NCBI GenBank assembly: GCA_051362555.1
Contig: CM120640.1
Coordinates: forward strand, 27,118,503-27,182,502
Direction of reading: 5' to 3'
Length of the DNA: 64,000 nt
Source: Lingula anatina
Lineage: Eukaryota > Animalia > Brachiopoda
The notes beneath the pieces were generated by a model, which worked only from the letters and a program-made list of their open reading frames with translations, searched no databases and was not told where the DNA came from. Each line of letters opens with the position of its first letter. Position 1 is the first letter of the stretch. Below, piece by piece: positions 15,301 through 29,100 of this stretch. A program made the position numbers and the translations under genes.

Positions 15301-16799
15301 GAATCTTTTCAGTAAAATTTAGAATTAAAAGTAGGTTTCTGTGTCTAAACTCCGCCCACTTACCTTAAAGGGTTTCCCATATACAGACTCCCCTCCTTCT
15401 CCTGTTCCAGTAGGGTCCCCGCCTTGGACAATAAAGCCTGGGACCACTCTGTGAAATATAGTTCCATCATAGTAGCCTTCCATGCACAGTTGTATAAAAT
15501 TCCTGCATGTTTTTGGACATTCTCTAGACCACAGCTCAATGTCTATGTCTCCAACAGTGGTAACCAATAGAACCTAGGACATATGAACAATGTGTAGCAA
15601 AGAAAATAGCCAAATTACTGTTTTTAAAAGAAGTATGTTCCTTTAAAACTTGCCTCATTACTGATAAATGAAGACTGCTTTAACATGCAACTTGCTCAGC
15701 AAAAAAAGTCTAAATAGTTCTATAACAGCAAAAAGGTAGAATCAAGTCCTATGGGTACTTTTGTGGTATACCCCCCCACCCTGTAACTTTCTGTAACTTT
15801 CACTTTTCAAACAGTTTTTTACATTTTCTTGTTCATCTATGTCAAAGCTGTTGAAATAAAAAGCTTTTGTAATTACCTGTGGACTTTTTATTAGTTTTAA
15901 TCACGTTTAATCCAGCCCATTGAAATACAATGTTAGAATCTTCAATTTACACCCGCAGTCAATAACTTGCCGCGTTTTCGTTGGCTAACTCTAGGGTAAT
16001 TTTATGTGAACAAGTAGCTAATAATAATTTCACAGAGGAAGTCCAAGTATACAATGTATCAATTCCTATGTTCACATAAAATAAGGTAGAATAAGGTAGC
16101 CAACGAAAACGCGGCAAGTTGTTGACTGCAGGTACATCGTAAATTTTCACATTGTATTTCAATGGGGTGGATTAAACGTGATTAAAACTAATAAAAAGAC
16201 CACAGGTAATTACAAAAACATTTTATTTCAACAGCTTTGACATAGGTGAAAAAGACAAAGTAAAAAAATGTTTGAAAAATGAAAGTTTCAGGAAGTTACA
16301 GGGTGGGGGGGTATACTACAAAAGTACCGTCCTATGCCTCAACATTAGTTGGGACACTGAAAAGAGACAAACGGCAGAAACTGCCGTTAAATACCGGAAT
16401 TCCGTGAGAAACATATTTGAAAAATGTTCAATACTGTTCTGTTGATAAAAACCATGGGAGACGGTCAGTTTTGTCATCTATGGTGTATTGACAAAAATGG
16501 ATCAAAATTCAAAGGCAGGCGAAAATGTTAAGTAATATCTTAAGTGATTAAAAATAAAGTTTATCAAAGCGTTTGAGTTCCAGGCATCATAAACTGGGTT
16601 GTAAACAGTGTAGTCTAATGCCAGTAGTAGTAGTACGTGATAATAAAACATTGTACACACAGATCACTAGCTGATTCATGTAGGAAATGAGTGCATAACG
16701 TTAAATTTCTCCCCAAATAGCAGATACACTGACGGTCAGGGAATGTTGAATAATTACCTTTCCATTGGTGGGTGGTTCCTGGATGTATATATTACTCAT
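12340..16799 (-). CDS. CWC27: Spliceosome-associated cyclophilin CWC27 (SDCCAG10)
   Basis: Starts MSNIYIQEPPTNGK / VLLVTTVGDIDIELWSRECPKTCRNFIQLCMEGYYDGTIFHRVVPGFIVQGGDPTGTG. Also DEFHQRLQFKRRGLVAMANAGKNDNGSQFFFTL, NFKLLSFGEEAEEDE, REEQTLALLAKF, and C-terminal YEIFDPRNPMNKRRRE. About 11 GT-AG exons. Confidence 0.96.
15754..16328. mobile_element. Foldback MITE with ~235-bp TIRs and 8-bp TSD (Merlin-like) in CWC27 intron 1
   Basis: Termini ggtacttttg...caaaagtacc with long inverted arms. Perfect direct repeat gtcctatg at 15746-15753 and 16329-16336. Confidence 0.88.
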
Positions 16800-17038
16800 T
16801 TTTTACAAGTGCTTCTACTTTATAGCATTATTCACTTAAATTTTGACCGACTTTGATCGTCTGCCAGGCAGCCATGAGGTTCTAAATATTGCGCAGGGTA
16901 ATCCACGCAACTTCCTGTTTACAGGTGGCGCTAGTGGCACGAGCACACGTGCTTTTTGTTTACTAGCAGACGCTCCCGCAGTATGGAAGTAATTTTTGCG
17001 GTATTTTCATAAACGTGTCTCTGAAGTGCAATAGGATC
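16800..17038. promoter_or_regulatory. Probable bidirectional promoter, CWC27 / CXorf65-like
   Basis: Divergent start codons 239 bp apart. Locally CpG-richer, with ETS-like acttcctg and a caggtggcgcta motif. Confidence 0.6.
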
Positions 17039-19010
17039 ATGTTTGCCAATATTAAGTATGGAAGTGAGTTCTCATAACACTTCTTACTTCCCACAAATCA
17101 ACATCGAAGAATCGTTTATCAATTTTATTTCCCTTCTGTATTATTCCTGGAAGATGTAGATCTAGATCTAGATCTAGACAAAAATATTACGGAGGCATTG
17201 GCGTTGATTTAGACCTCTACCCATTTTATTGCTCAAGTTGAAAGAAAGGCATTTACTTATGGATCTGCAGTTGCCTCATAAATTTAGCAAATAATTTTAT
17301 AATTTTTCTGTTGCAGGTGGGGAATCATTTCTGCTGAACATAAACTGTGGAACACAGACTGTGTTGGACTACATAAAGGAAAAATGTGTCCTCACCAAAG
17401 ATGGTAAGAAAAATGCTCCAGGAACATTTTGAACTTGAAACTGGATGCTGGTTTAGTATCCCAAAAGATAATTTTGGCACATTAAGTCCAGCTGGTTTGT
17501 GTGCTTGTGAACTGCCATAAATATAAATATTGCTTCTACTTTATATAACAAGAGCTATTTATTAAATTTAATGACCAATTTTCTATGCTGTACTACTGTG
17601 ATTTACTTTTCTTCAAGATTTATAAACTATCAACATAAAACACACATGGATTAGGGATATATTGCAATTGTTAATAACTTGGAGCTTAAAAGTAAAAAAT
17701 TCACTATGCCTCATATGCTATGCCTCATATCTTGGATATTTTTTGGGTGGCACATTTTTATAACATCATTTCAAAATTAAATATATACAAATCTAAGTAT
17801 TAGTTTTTTCTTCAGTGTTGCCAAGATACAAGAAAATTTACTTTAAAAGATGCCTGAAGGTCTGATTATGATAATTCTGTCATTGTTATTGTTAGTTTCT
17901 TTTTCACTTTTAAGTCACAGTAGATCTGTGTGATGTTAATGGCTGTGCCAGGCTGCTGTTCACTCAGGGAAAGACTACAAATGCTTCAAATTACCTACAA
18001 GGCAGGGAGACCTACATTCCAATTGAAGTTCATAGTAAGATTTGGAAATACAATACTGTGGCTCATAAATGAGATAAATGAGAATTACATTTTCAGGATA
18101 TTAGGTACATTAATTTGGTACATTGCAACTTGAATGGGAATAAAAAATCACAAACATGAAAGTCTAACATTAATTTTGTCCTTAAATTGAACTGAGCAAA
18201 GAAAAAAAAAACATTGTTGAGCACCTTTAATCACTTACATCCCCTGTCAATACAAGTCTATGTATTGTTTATAAAAATAGGAGATGAAGCAAACGTGGTG
18301 ACTGGCTTCACGCCCATTCTTGAAGAATGTAGTGAGATATTGGAGTACATCTCAGGTAAGGAATTCAATTTTTTAGAATTTAAGCTTATTCTCTCTTTAA
18401 TTATTTGAACAAAAATATAATATTTCCATGGGTAATCCCACTTGCTCATCTTCAAAGTAAAAGGCTGATGAAATGGGCCATTTGCGAAATTTTGATGCAC
18501 GTAAAAACGACAAATATTTCTCTTAAGTTCATTGAAAAATATGCACTGAAAAGAAAGCAAAGTTATTGGCTACATACATAACTTTTTGATTTTTGAACTG
18601 GGGTAAATCATCATGGGTAAACTATGACTTTTGGTAAAGGTCATTTTAATAAGAAAACTGAAAATTTCAAGAAAAAAATTCACAAATGGTTCCTTTCTGC
18701 TACACAATTCTGAGATCCCTCATATGAGAATAACAAATATAATTTAAATATGCTCTTTTATTATTTCTTCAAGAGATACATCTTCAGTGCATCAGACATA
18801 CATCAACTTCTATTTCTTCCAGATAAGCTTGAATTACAAGCTGAATCTCTACAGCAGGCTGCCAAGTTATTGGTTTCCATTCCAACTGCAGAAGTGCCTC
18901 CAGAGAAAAGTGGACATAAACTCTCGACAGGTCGAAAATCCACAATAAGCCCAAAACCAAGCAAAAATGTCTTAAAACCTAAATTAGGTTCATCTCCAAG
19001 GAAGAAGTAG
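17039..19010 (+). CDS. CXorf65/C22orf15-family uncharacterized protein
   Basis: Five exons (17039-17063, 17317-17403, ~17915-18033, 18281-18355, 18823-19010) splice in frame: MFANIKYGSGESFLLNINCGTQTVLDYIKEKCVLTKDVTVDLCDVNGCARLLFTQGKTTNASNYLQGRETYIPIEV... with a basic tail. Matches the CXorf65 pattern MFxxIKxG..FLxNxNC..IDLC..ASxYL..RxTY as I recall it. Confidence 0.8.
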
Positions 19011-19224
19011 TTTTCAAATTTTAGTCACAGGATCTGTGATAACATTGAGAGATTATTGGATGTTACATTTATCCCATTTACTTTTTACCAAGATGTAAAA
19101 CTTTGTGTGATTCTTTCACACAAATAATGATCAATTGTTAATCGCATTTAACAGAATAACTTTAAAATTGTAATTGATTTCCCTTTTGCCTTATTGAGGT
19201 TTTGCTTTTAAGCTGATACACTGA

Positions 19225-22200
19225 CTATAATTTATTGGAAGAATTCTTTAAAGATGCTCTCAATTTCTTTGCTCCAGTTTCAATGCTATGGGCTAAGTTC
19301 ACAGTCTCAAGTGAGTCATATTTCCCTCCGAGTATGTTTCTTCTTATGACTACTGACCTCTCTTCATCATCTGTAAAAAATAAATTTGTATAACTGTTTT
19401 ATACTGATGAGTGAATGTTATTAGTCATCCAGTAGAATAATAACAAGAAAAAAGTGTAACTATGATACTGGAACTTACATTTGGCAACTGACGAATGGAA
19501 AGATCTCAGGTTGAGACCACAACATTGGTCAGTTAAGTTTCAGTATCAGAGCTATACTTATTTCTCTGCATTATACTGATTTACATATATTCACCTAATA
19601 CCAATGGATTATTACATTTACACACAATACTTCAATCTTAATTGTGAAATTTACCTATTGCCAACTGGTACCTTTCCACTGAGGGCTCCACAAGAGAGGT
19701 GAGTGCACTAGTCAATAATGCCACACAATCCTTGATAGCGATTTGAGATTCCTTGGAATTTTGAAGCAAACTTAAACATCCATTCACCCTGTAGATAGTA
19801 TCATATACTCCAGAAAGTTGCTTTATCAGCAAAGTGGTTTTTGGCAGCACACTGGCTCCTTTCTGTGCAATACATCCAATCCACTTCAAGACTGACAGTA
19901 ACTGTGTACAGAATGTGCAGATGTGAGACTCAACAGTTTCCTCGACACCAAGCACCAACTGCTGTTCTTCCATGTTAGTTAGAAGACTTCTGAATGATGT
20001 GTTAATTTGCCTCAATAGCCAAGTAATCACAGTTGCCGTAACGTTGTGGGTCTTGTCATCAATGGGAGAAAAGTGTTCTATAATACCCACAATGCAATCC
20101 CTGCAGTGCTGGATTAGATCTCCCTTCAGGCCTTCCTGAACTCCACTGGTACAAGCAACATCTACAGAGTCTAAATGGAATGGGTGCTTAGTTTCTAGAT
20201 ATTCTGCAGGTTCCTCTTTATTATACTTTCCCCAAACTTGAAGTAACTTCAAAACATGATGTGCTTCTATTTTGACTACTGTAAGGTGGTATTGATTGGA
20301 TGCATACTGCTCACTTGTTGCTCTCTGGTGGTTAAGCACTGACATTAGAGTTTGCAGATACTTCAATAGTGTTTCTGGGTCATCATCAATCCTGAAATAC
20401 AATTTCAACAGTATTAATATGTGGTGTTTAAGCAAATACTCTCATGGGATTTTGTCCACTTTTGCAGTCCAATATAAAATGGAAGGAAACCATTTGCAAT
20501 CAGTATTTGTTCAATTATTTAACAGAAAACAAGTCACCTGAAATCCTGCAGAAGGTGCAATAGCACAATTAGCACCTCACTGGTGAAGGCTGCAGGAAGG
20601 CAGGTTTTAAAGCTTCCATCTGGCTTCACTTGCATCTCATCTCTCCTGTTCAGGATGGTCATCCACAGCGTGTGCACAATGTCCACTAGCTGAACTTGTC
20701 TGGTGGGATTGCTGATTGCGAAACAAAACGGTATTAATGAAGAAACAATGTGCAAATTTTGGATAACTATAAATTAACTATAAATTCAATTCAACTGTAG
20801 ATTTTGTTAATGCAGAATAGTTAAACATTATTGCTAAGCCTATCCTTACATTTGCAATGTAGCATTACACATACCAATACAAAGAAATCACAGCTGCCTC
20901 TTTCTTTAATTGAATAGTGATGCCAAAGATTTTGATGAACATTCACTTCAGCATAAAAAGCATGAAGAAAAGTTATTACCATAACTAAGGATTATCTTTA
21001 TATTATAAAATGGTATCACAATAAAATTTAATATTTAATTGAGTCAACTATCAACTACCTCACCTGTCTTTAACTATGCCTGATAACCAAGAAAGTAGAC
21101 CGTGTGATTTAACCAAGTCTTGGGCTACAGATCTTACTTTGCATGCAGCATGAATGATCTTCAAAATGTTAGCCTGAAACAAAAATAAAGTTTATCGCAA
21201 CAGAGATCCAGATGCTATCAGCACAAAACCAAGACAGAACCAGCTTCAAATTAACCACAAGTGTGAACTTAGTGAGACTGTTCTGGCATCAGATTTCAAT
21301 TTATTTGTTACTTTAAATGGACTGGACTGATCCTATACTTAACTGCATCTATTTTGGAAACTGATTTACCTGCATTGCCTGGTCACTAATAGCAGAGTCA
21401 TGGAAACTGAGCAATAGTTTGAAAATGTATCTCTTCTCACATAATCTGTAGTCAGCCGTTTCTCTCAGTCCATCAGCCAAAAGCTGCAGAATCCAAGCAC
21501 GCTCCACTTTGTACTGTACAAAAGAATGATTTAATGTGTTCATTACTGTTCCACTGTTGCAGATCTAGAGTATTTCCCCTTAAATGCACCGTTTTATTCA
21601 CCTACGCAAAAACTTGCTCATCTTTTCCAGTTTTATCTAACAGAGAGCTAATATTTATAATTTTAGACTCATTTAATGTCAAATAAATGGGGGCAGGGAC
21701 AGTGAATCCCCTCTAATGGATTTATCAAGCAAATTCTGCAACTTTTTCACCTTTCTTTTAAACATGACAAGGATGAATTGCTATCTTTACAAAGACCATA
21801 TAAAACTGCAGTTACCTCAAAGGCAGAGCTGTTGAAGAGTTTGTAAAACTCTGGCACATTCAGGATATCCAAAGTTGGCTTCAGAAGCATAAATGAGTTG
21901 ATAATTTGGTACATATGCTCATCTGGAGAAAAAATTTGGCAATATGAAAAATATCAATATACTCAAATAAGTAGTGAACATTTTAGAAACTTGGCACTAC
22001 TAATATAAGCATGGCAAAAAAATGATGTGCTTTCTGGCTGTCAAAATATACAAAATATTTTTACATTTTACAAGAAAATTATTTTTGTTTCTTATTCTAT
22101 CGTGTGCATCATAAAATGGAACAGGCTTTTATGTAAACATTCAAAATAGTTCAAGTAACACCATGTCCATTAATTCAACTGAAATTACCAATTTTTATTG

Positions 22201-23045
22201 AACATTTACCTGGGTGGAGAAGCAACTGGACTGTTTTGGCTAGAAACACACAAATCATACAACAAAGCTTGGCATTTGGTGTTTCTACACTGTTTCGCAC
22301 ACAGTCCAGCACATAGAGGACCTGATTCCTTTCGTAAAACTTGGCCCCCTCCAGCTGCTGATAGAACAACATGAGCACATGGTAAGCAGCACTTCTCATT
22401 GCTGGATCATGGCTACTGAGTGCACAGAAGGTAAAACCTAAACAGTTGGTTTCCACAAACTTACAACAGTTGACTAGATTCTCTGAAAATATAAATGAAT
22501 AATTTGAGAAACCCGATAAGCAAAATTAGGTTCTTATAACAATAATAATACATGGATAACAGACCCACCACCAGGGGAGGGGGGGGTCGTTCAAACAAAC
22601 CTCCCTTTTTGCCAAGAAAAAAGTCCACTCTGGTTAAAAAATTGAGCTAAGTACATGAGGTCTCATGGTAAAGAGTTCACTTTTTCAGAAAATGCGCACT
22701 TTTGAAAATGCGCACTACTGGCCTGGGTAATTATTATCAATAAATAAGGAATTAACTCATACCAAAATTTCTCTTCATGACAGGTTGTGACCATGTGTCT
22801 GTGTAAATGTTTTGAATAGATTAACATATGTGATATCTAGTAACCTACCAGGTCCCAAAAGGTTGCTGAAGACTGGTAGCAGAAAGGCTGGGTCATACTG
22901 TGCTGCATGGGGCTCACCATCCGACTCACCATGCACTTCTAAAGGCTACGAAAGCCAAAATGTAAAATGTAAAACATTTAGTGTGAAAGCATTTGTTGCT
23001 GCAGATTTATAATCATCAGTGTCATAAATGAAATTATATTTCATA

Positions 23046-23104
<59 letters not shown>

Positions 23105-26100
23105 TAATATACACATAAACACAAAGGTTTTATAATCAAATGTTACCCATTTTAAAGGCATTTACAAGTAAAAGTACTTTGTTAGAATTGTTGTCTAATT
23201 AAGTCTTTTTCTCTTTACTTTGAAGTCCAAATATTATATAAACAAATGGAATATTTTCCTTTCATAGATTACCTGTAATTTCCTGAGAAGAGGAAAGTTT
23301 AGAGCAGACCGATGCATCATGTCCACATCAAGAGACTCCAGAACCTGCTCAACTGTAGCCTGCTTGAACAATGATGTTCCCAGGCTCTTCTTAATAGAAT
23401 GATGCTCAATGGCCTTGGTGCCCCAGAGGTAGGGTCTAGAATGAAATACATACTTTAGTGTTTTAAATCTAGTAAAATTATGATGTACAAACTAAACAAA
23501 CAAGGGCAATTTTAATTACATGTAGACTTTCACTTACAGGACTGGTGTATCGTTTAGTAACATACACTGAAAAAAATAAATTTAAAAAACCAATTTAATG
23601 ACTTTTGAGGTTGAAAAGATGCAGAGGAAGTTATGTGCATTAGGTATTTTATAAAATAAAATTAAAAGAAATATCTTCTTATCAAAATGATAATTCTTAC
23701 TTAAAATCCTTAAGTGAAGCTTGGTTCTCTTCATAAATGTGCATTAGCTGTAGCAATTTCTGATCTGTGAACAAAAAACATCAAAATAAGCAATAGAACA
23801 ACAACTAACTGCCACTTATCCTATCACAACATACAGAAATATTGCCTTTTTATATACCTTAAGATTTATTGTTGTTAACAAAAAATGGACAGAAGAACTT
23901 CTATGATCAAAATCAATTCTATTCTCAATACTAAGCTTACCCACTGTTTTAAGAGTTGCAGAATAGGCACCCAGCAAGACAACTATGTGACCAGTTTTAC
24001 AACAGGTGCCATTCCTCTGCACCAGGGACAGCATCAAGTCAACTAAGCAGTCTAAAATTAATTTAAAACATAATAAAATAAAACAAAAAATAAAACAATA
24101 GAATATTTTGATTATTTTGCCTTCTCTAATTTATTTTACTTAAGCTGTATATACTTTTTTTACATTCTGACAAGAAAAGACAAACATGAGACATAGCAAG
24201 AAACAAAAGTATAGGTATGTATATGCTTGTAAACAAGTCATTTTGCAACATCTACCAAAAATACCTTTGGTCTGGTTATCAGGATCTTCATGAAGCAACG
24301 TTGGCAAAAACTGGGAGTGACTCACAATCATTTCATATACAGCTGATAATGGCATCATTCCAGTCTCTTCCCCTTTTTCTGCATCTACAGCACCCACAAC
24401 TTTACCAAGAATCTTCAAAATACTGGGGTTGTTGAACTGATGTCTTAAAAACAAAAATGGAACTTTGTAAAAGGATGATTACATTATAAAATTTAAAAAT
24501 TGTAAAATTGCTTCAGAATCAAACAATATCTTATGCAAAAAAAATAAATAAATAAATAATAAAAAAAAAAATAAATAAAAAGATAAGTTCTATATTAATA
24601 TGTCTAGCTATTTACCTCAGGGCAGCTTTGAAAAAATCATTCCAATAAGGTTTCAAAACCCTCAATCCAGCCTCTTCCTGAAAATAAAAAAGTGTCAAAA
24701 ACATGTCCCATTTTCTGTTTATATCAAATTAAAATACAATCTTAAGCATTTTTACCAATTGTTTTGCTGATAATCTTGGTGTCAGTTATCATGTTGTTTC
24801 AAATTCCAGCACAATGTTATTGTAACAATGAAATGCAGTTTCAATGACAATGACCATTTACTACTTTCCCCACCCAACTTTATCTAAAATCTTTAAAAAT
24901 ACCACAATAGCAGATCATACATGTAAATAGTTTCAATGTCATTCCTCATTTCTCCCCTGCTGCACTGCATAAAACCTAGCATTTAAACATACAGATATCA
25001 TTGGTATCATTTATTTATACCAATTCTTGATCAGAATATAATTTTAGATTACAATTTTAGTTTATCGATATGATTAGATTGTGGTATCCATGGGTTAGGA
25101 AATCGAATGCAATTCAATCAGGCCCACTGAAGAGATGTGTAGAACTCAGCAAATCAGACAGAGAAAAGTAAGTGAGCAAAAATGAACTACAGGAACTTCT
25201 TTCAGAAATTATTTTGTGGTCTTCCAAACACAGCTTCATCAAACACAACTGAATTATCAAAAAACTAAATGTCAAATCATGGACAATGTGGAACAAGTCA
25301 AGTAACTTTGAGATTGAAATCAATTTTGGGACTGGGAGTTCCAACAAGTGGTAAATAAAATTTGTGTACCTGCTATGATTGAGAATTACAATATGTCTAA
25401 TAAAACAATTTATTTTTCATAATCAGTTACAGATTGTGTGTTTATTTTTTTATTCTAGACTGGACAAAGAGGATGTCTACAGCAAGGTCAAAAATCATAC
25501 ATACAACAACCACCAGAAATACCACACCAGCAACTGATCTAAATTCTGATCATGCCCGTATGCAATCCTTTTAGCTATATGTTATTAGATTCCAAAATAT
25601 AACAGTGTGATCAAATTTGGCAACTAAGAGCTAGTAAAAATATATCATGGATAAATTTATTTGCAAGTACATAGTGCATTATAATTTAATAATAATTCTC
25701 AATATTCTTTTCTTTTCTTAACAGGCTACATTGAGGGAGGATTAATAGGAAGTCTTGCTCTAATAGCATTACTTGTAGGACTGCTGCTTGGATACAGGTA
25801 CAAATACTATTTTTCTTATAATTTGCCTTGATGTATTAATTAAGCCTGCAAAACACTGACCACTTTTTAAGTTGCTAAAAAATAGATAATTGTAGTAATT
25901 GATCATCATTAGAAGTAAACTTTATCCATTTCAACCACTATTCCAATTTTTATTTCCAAAAGCCTTTTCTGTCACTCGCTAATAATAAATTATTTTATAT
26001 CTCTGGACTGACTAACATAAAAATCTTTCAGAAAATGGTCACATTCAAAGAAAGTAACACTACAGAGAACTAATGAAGGAAATGACGTTAACAATTACAA

Positions 26101-29100
26101 CAGAACCAAGAGCAATGTAAAACAACTGGGAAGGAATGGACTGAATCACCCGAACTATGAAGTTGTTCAACATTCTTACTTCAAATCAGAGCTCGAGGAT
26201 GTGCCAAAACACTCTTATACCAAAGAGACAGCAAAATATGGTGGTATGGACAACCCAACTTATGGATGCACCTTAGGTGATAATTATCAAACATATTCAA
26301 AAGATGAATGTGCATCACAGCCACCATCCATTGTAAATCCTAACATAATCAGTACATCTGATACAGAATCATCACATACATCAGCTACAGAGTCTCTATA
26401 TTGCAGCATTCCAGGGGAATCCCAGCAGTATATGTACGTAGATCCCCTTAAAACCAGTCTCTTACAAAGACAATTCCTTGCTCAGCAGAAGATTGACATA
26501 AATGACAGTGGTGACTATGCAGAAGTTGTCTGAAAATTATTTGAATTTAATCAAAAGTCAGAAAATCTATTTCTTTTTTGTTTTGCAAAAAAAAAAAAAA
26601 AAAAAAAAAGTCATCATATTTTTCCTAAAGTAAGGCATTGAAAATATTGCCAAAAGCAGTTGTTGTTGTTATTATTATGCTTCATCAAAGATACTGTGAA
26701 ATAAATTACATAAAATAAAGTCAAATATTTTACCAATTTTACTCATTCTAAAAAGCAATAGCTTTAATCTAGATTCAGCATTTCTTTGACCACCAAAAAA
26801 TTGTCAACTGCACTCACTGTGAGCAAGATGCTTTTGCAACCCAGAAATGAAAAAAGTGCAGAATTGTTTGTTACAGAAATAATTAAAGGGATAATAACTC
26901 TTTGTATGAACTCTATATTTCACAATAAAAACATTGTGAATAACTCATAGAAATATAATATATTCTGTTTTACCACTAAAACGGCAGTTTCAATTATTAT
27001 TCTGATATCTGAGCTTGTCTTTATGTAAGTATGGGAAATTTGTTGTTTACTCCAGGAAAAATCATTTTTTGGCCAAAACGAAGAGTTATTATCCCTTTAA
27101 TGTAATGGTTTATGCCAACTGTTAACATAATATTTTGGATAACTGGCCTTATTGAATAGTAAATGTCATTTCCTTATTTGTAAAGTCATAGTATTAATTA
27201 CTTGCAAATAAATACAATAATTTTTTGACAATTTAATTCATTAGTGGGATGGTCTAATTAAAACAGCCTTGATTGGCCAAATATGAAATAATGCATTTAT
27301 TGATTATTTCATATTAAGTATTAAATAAATATAAATATTTTATACTGCATATTTAATATGGTTGGTGGAGTGAGTGTTTGTGGTATTTTAGGATGGAGGA
27401 GACAAAGTAGGTTCTTTTGATAACTATATCTGTAGTATGCTACACTTTTTTCAGTTTTAACTTCACTAACTGTAAAACAATCATTAAATTATTAAGTACA
27501 GAAGTTTATAAAGGCAAAAGATGCTTATTAATATAAATCCCCCTCTCCACCTGCTTGCAATATTTGAAGGAGTTTATATTGCAAAGAACTACAACAAAAG
27601 GACAAAAATAACCTATTTTTCACTACAGAGCAGGAAGATTAAAGAAATGGGACAGGTCCCTATAGAGACTTACAAGAGAATGGACAAAAAAGCACCCATA
27701 CTCCACAGCTACCCATATAGCTTAAATTTCAAGAATAGGTAGACAAAAATATGCTTTAAGGGCATTTAAAAAACAGCACTGAAGGTAAAACCAAAATATG
27801 TACAGCATATATTTTGCCACTGATTAACTCCTCTGTACCTGTAAATTCCTTTGTGCACTGGAACGTAAATAAAAAAAATATGGACTTAACAGTTCAAAAA
27901 AGGCGTCACACTTCCTCCTTATTTCTTTTGTATAGAATCAGGTAAAAAGAAGTTTAACAAAAGGTAGACGTTGCATCCCTGCTCTGGGCTTCCAACGTGA
28001 GAGAAGAAAAGCTTTTAAAGTTTACCACATCAATGAAGAACAATGTCTGTTTTAATTAATTCTCTGCTGATCATCACCAGTTGTTTGAATGCTGTTCCAT
28101 CACATTTTCATGCAGTGGGTTTTAGTAAGTATAAGATACAGTGATCAAAATTTATGAACAAGGAAGTAGAGGTATATTTTTCTTGTATTACCAAAAGTTC
28201 TATAACATTGGTGTATTACAAATATATCAGGTTAACTGGTATTACTTCTACATGCAACTGAATTTCCTATAGAGATATTTTATATAGATATTAGATATAT
28301 TTAATTTGTAAGTTCACTGATGTCAAATGTACCAGTAAGACTTGTTATTCTTTTTGCATTGACTTTATCATTTTTCTAATAAGGAGTCTTGAAGATTAAA
28401 ATCTTTTTAAGGGTATTGTAAGCCTTTATTATCATCTGTAGCTAGATACTGAAAATGGTCTTTTTCCAGTGCTGATTCAAAACAATAAAAATTCCCTCAA
28501 AAATATAAAATATTGGTATTTTCATATTTTCTTGCAATATATATGCATAGGCAACTGTAAGCTTTAAACATCAATTTAACACCTATTTTGAGGTGAGATA
28601 GCAATCAGTATGGGGCATAACTCTATCCCTAAACAAGATTTTATCACGAAAATTGGCACAGTTGACCAGAAGCAGATGGGCTACAATCCCGTGCCATCAT
28701 TTTGGCCTAAATGTTTTTTTATGGAGTTATGAGCCCCTACTTACAGAGCTACATAAAACAAAGGCATTCTTTTGTTTTATCAATGATAAAATCTTTTCTA
28801 AGGGTTTTAAAAAAATCGCTGGCAGGGTTTTGGGGTGCTAAATGATGTCATTAAATAAGTGTTAAAATGGTGTTTATGGGTATTCAGGTAAAGAAGAAAT
28901 TTGAGAAACCATTTTTTCAATTTTTATCCCAAAATCACACTTGTGAGATGATGTAACTGTTAATTCATTTAGTCACTGAACACTGAAGATTTATCTGTTA
29001 TCCAAAAGAATGTATGTAAGACAGTAAATAAGGAGTTTTTAGCAAAGGCTAACAATATCATTAAGTTTTTTTTTTTTTTTTTGCACGAGCAACATTTTGC

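Noticed and set aside
17157-17178. (TCTAGA)n self-complementary repeat
   Set aside because: Only ~3.5 units, intronic; no evidence of function.
26587-26609. Genomic poly-A after gene A suggesting a retrocopy
   Set aside because: Gene A has introns and no TSD is evident; a simple A-run in AT-rich DNA.
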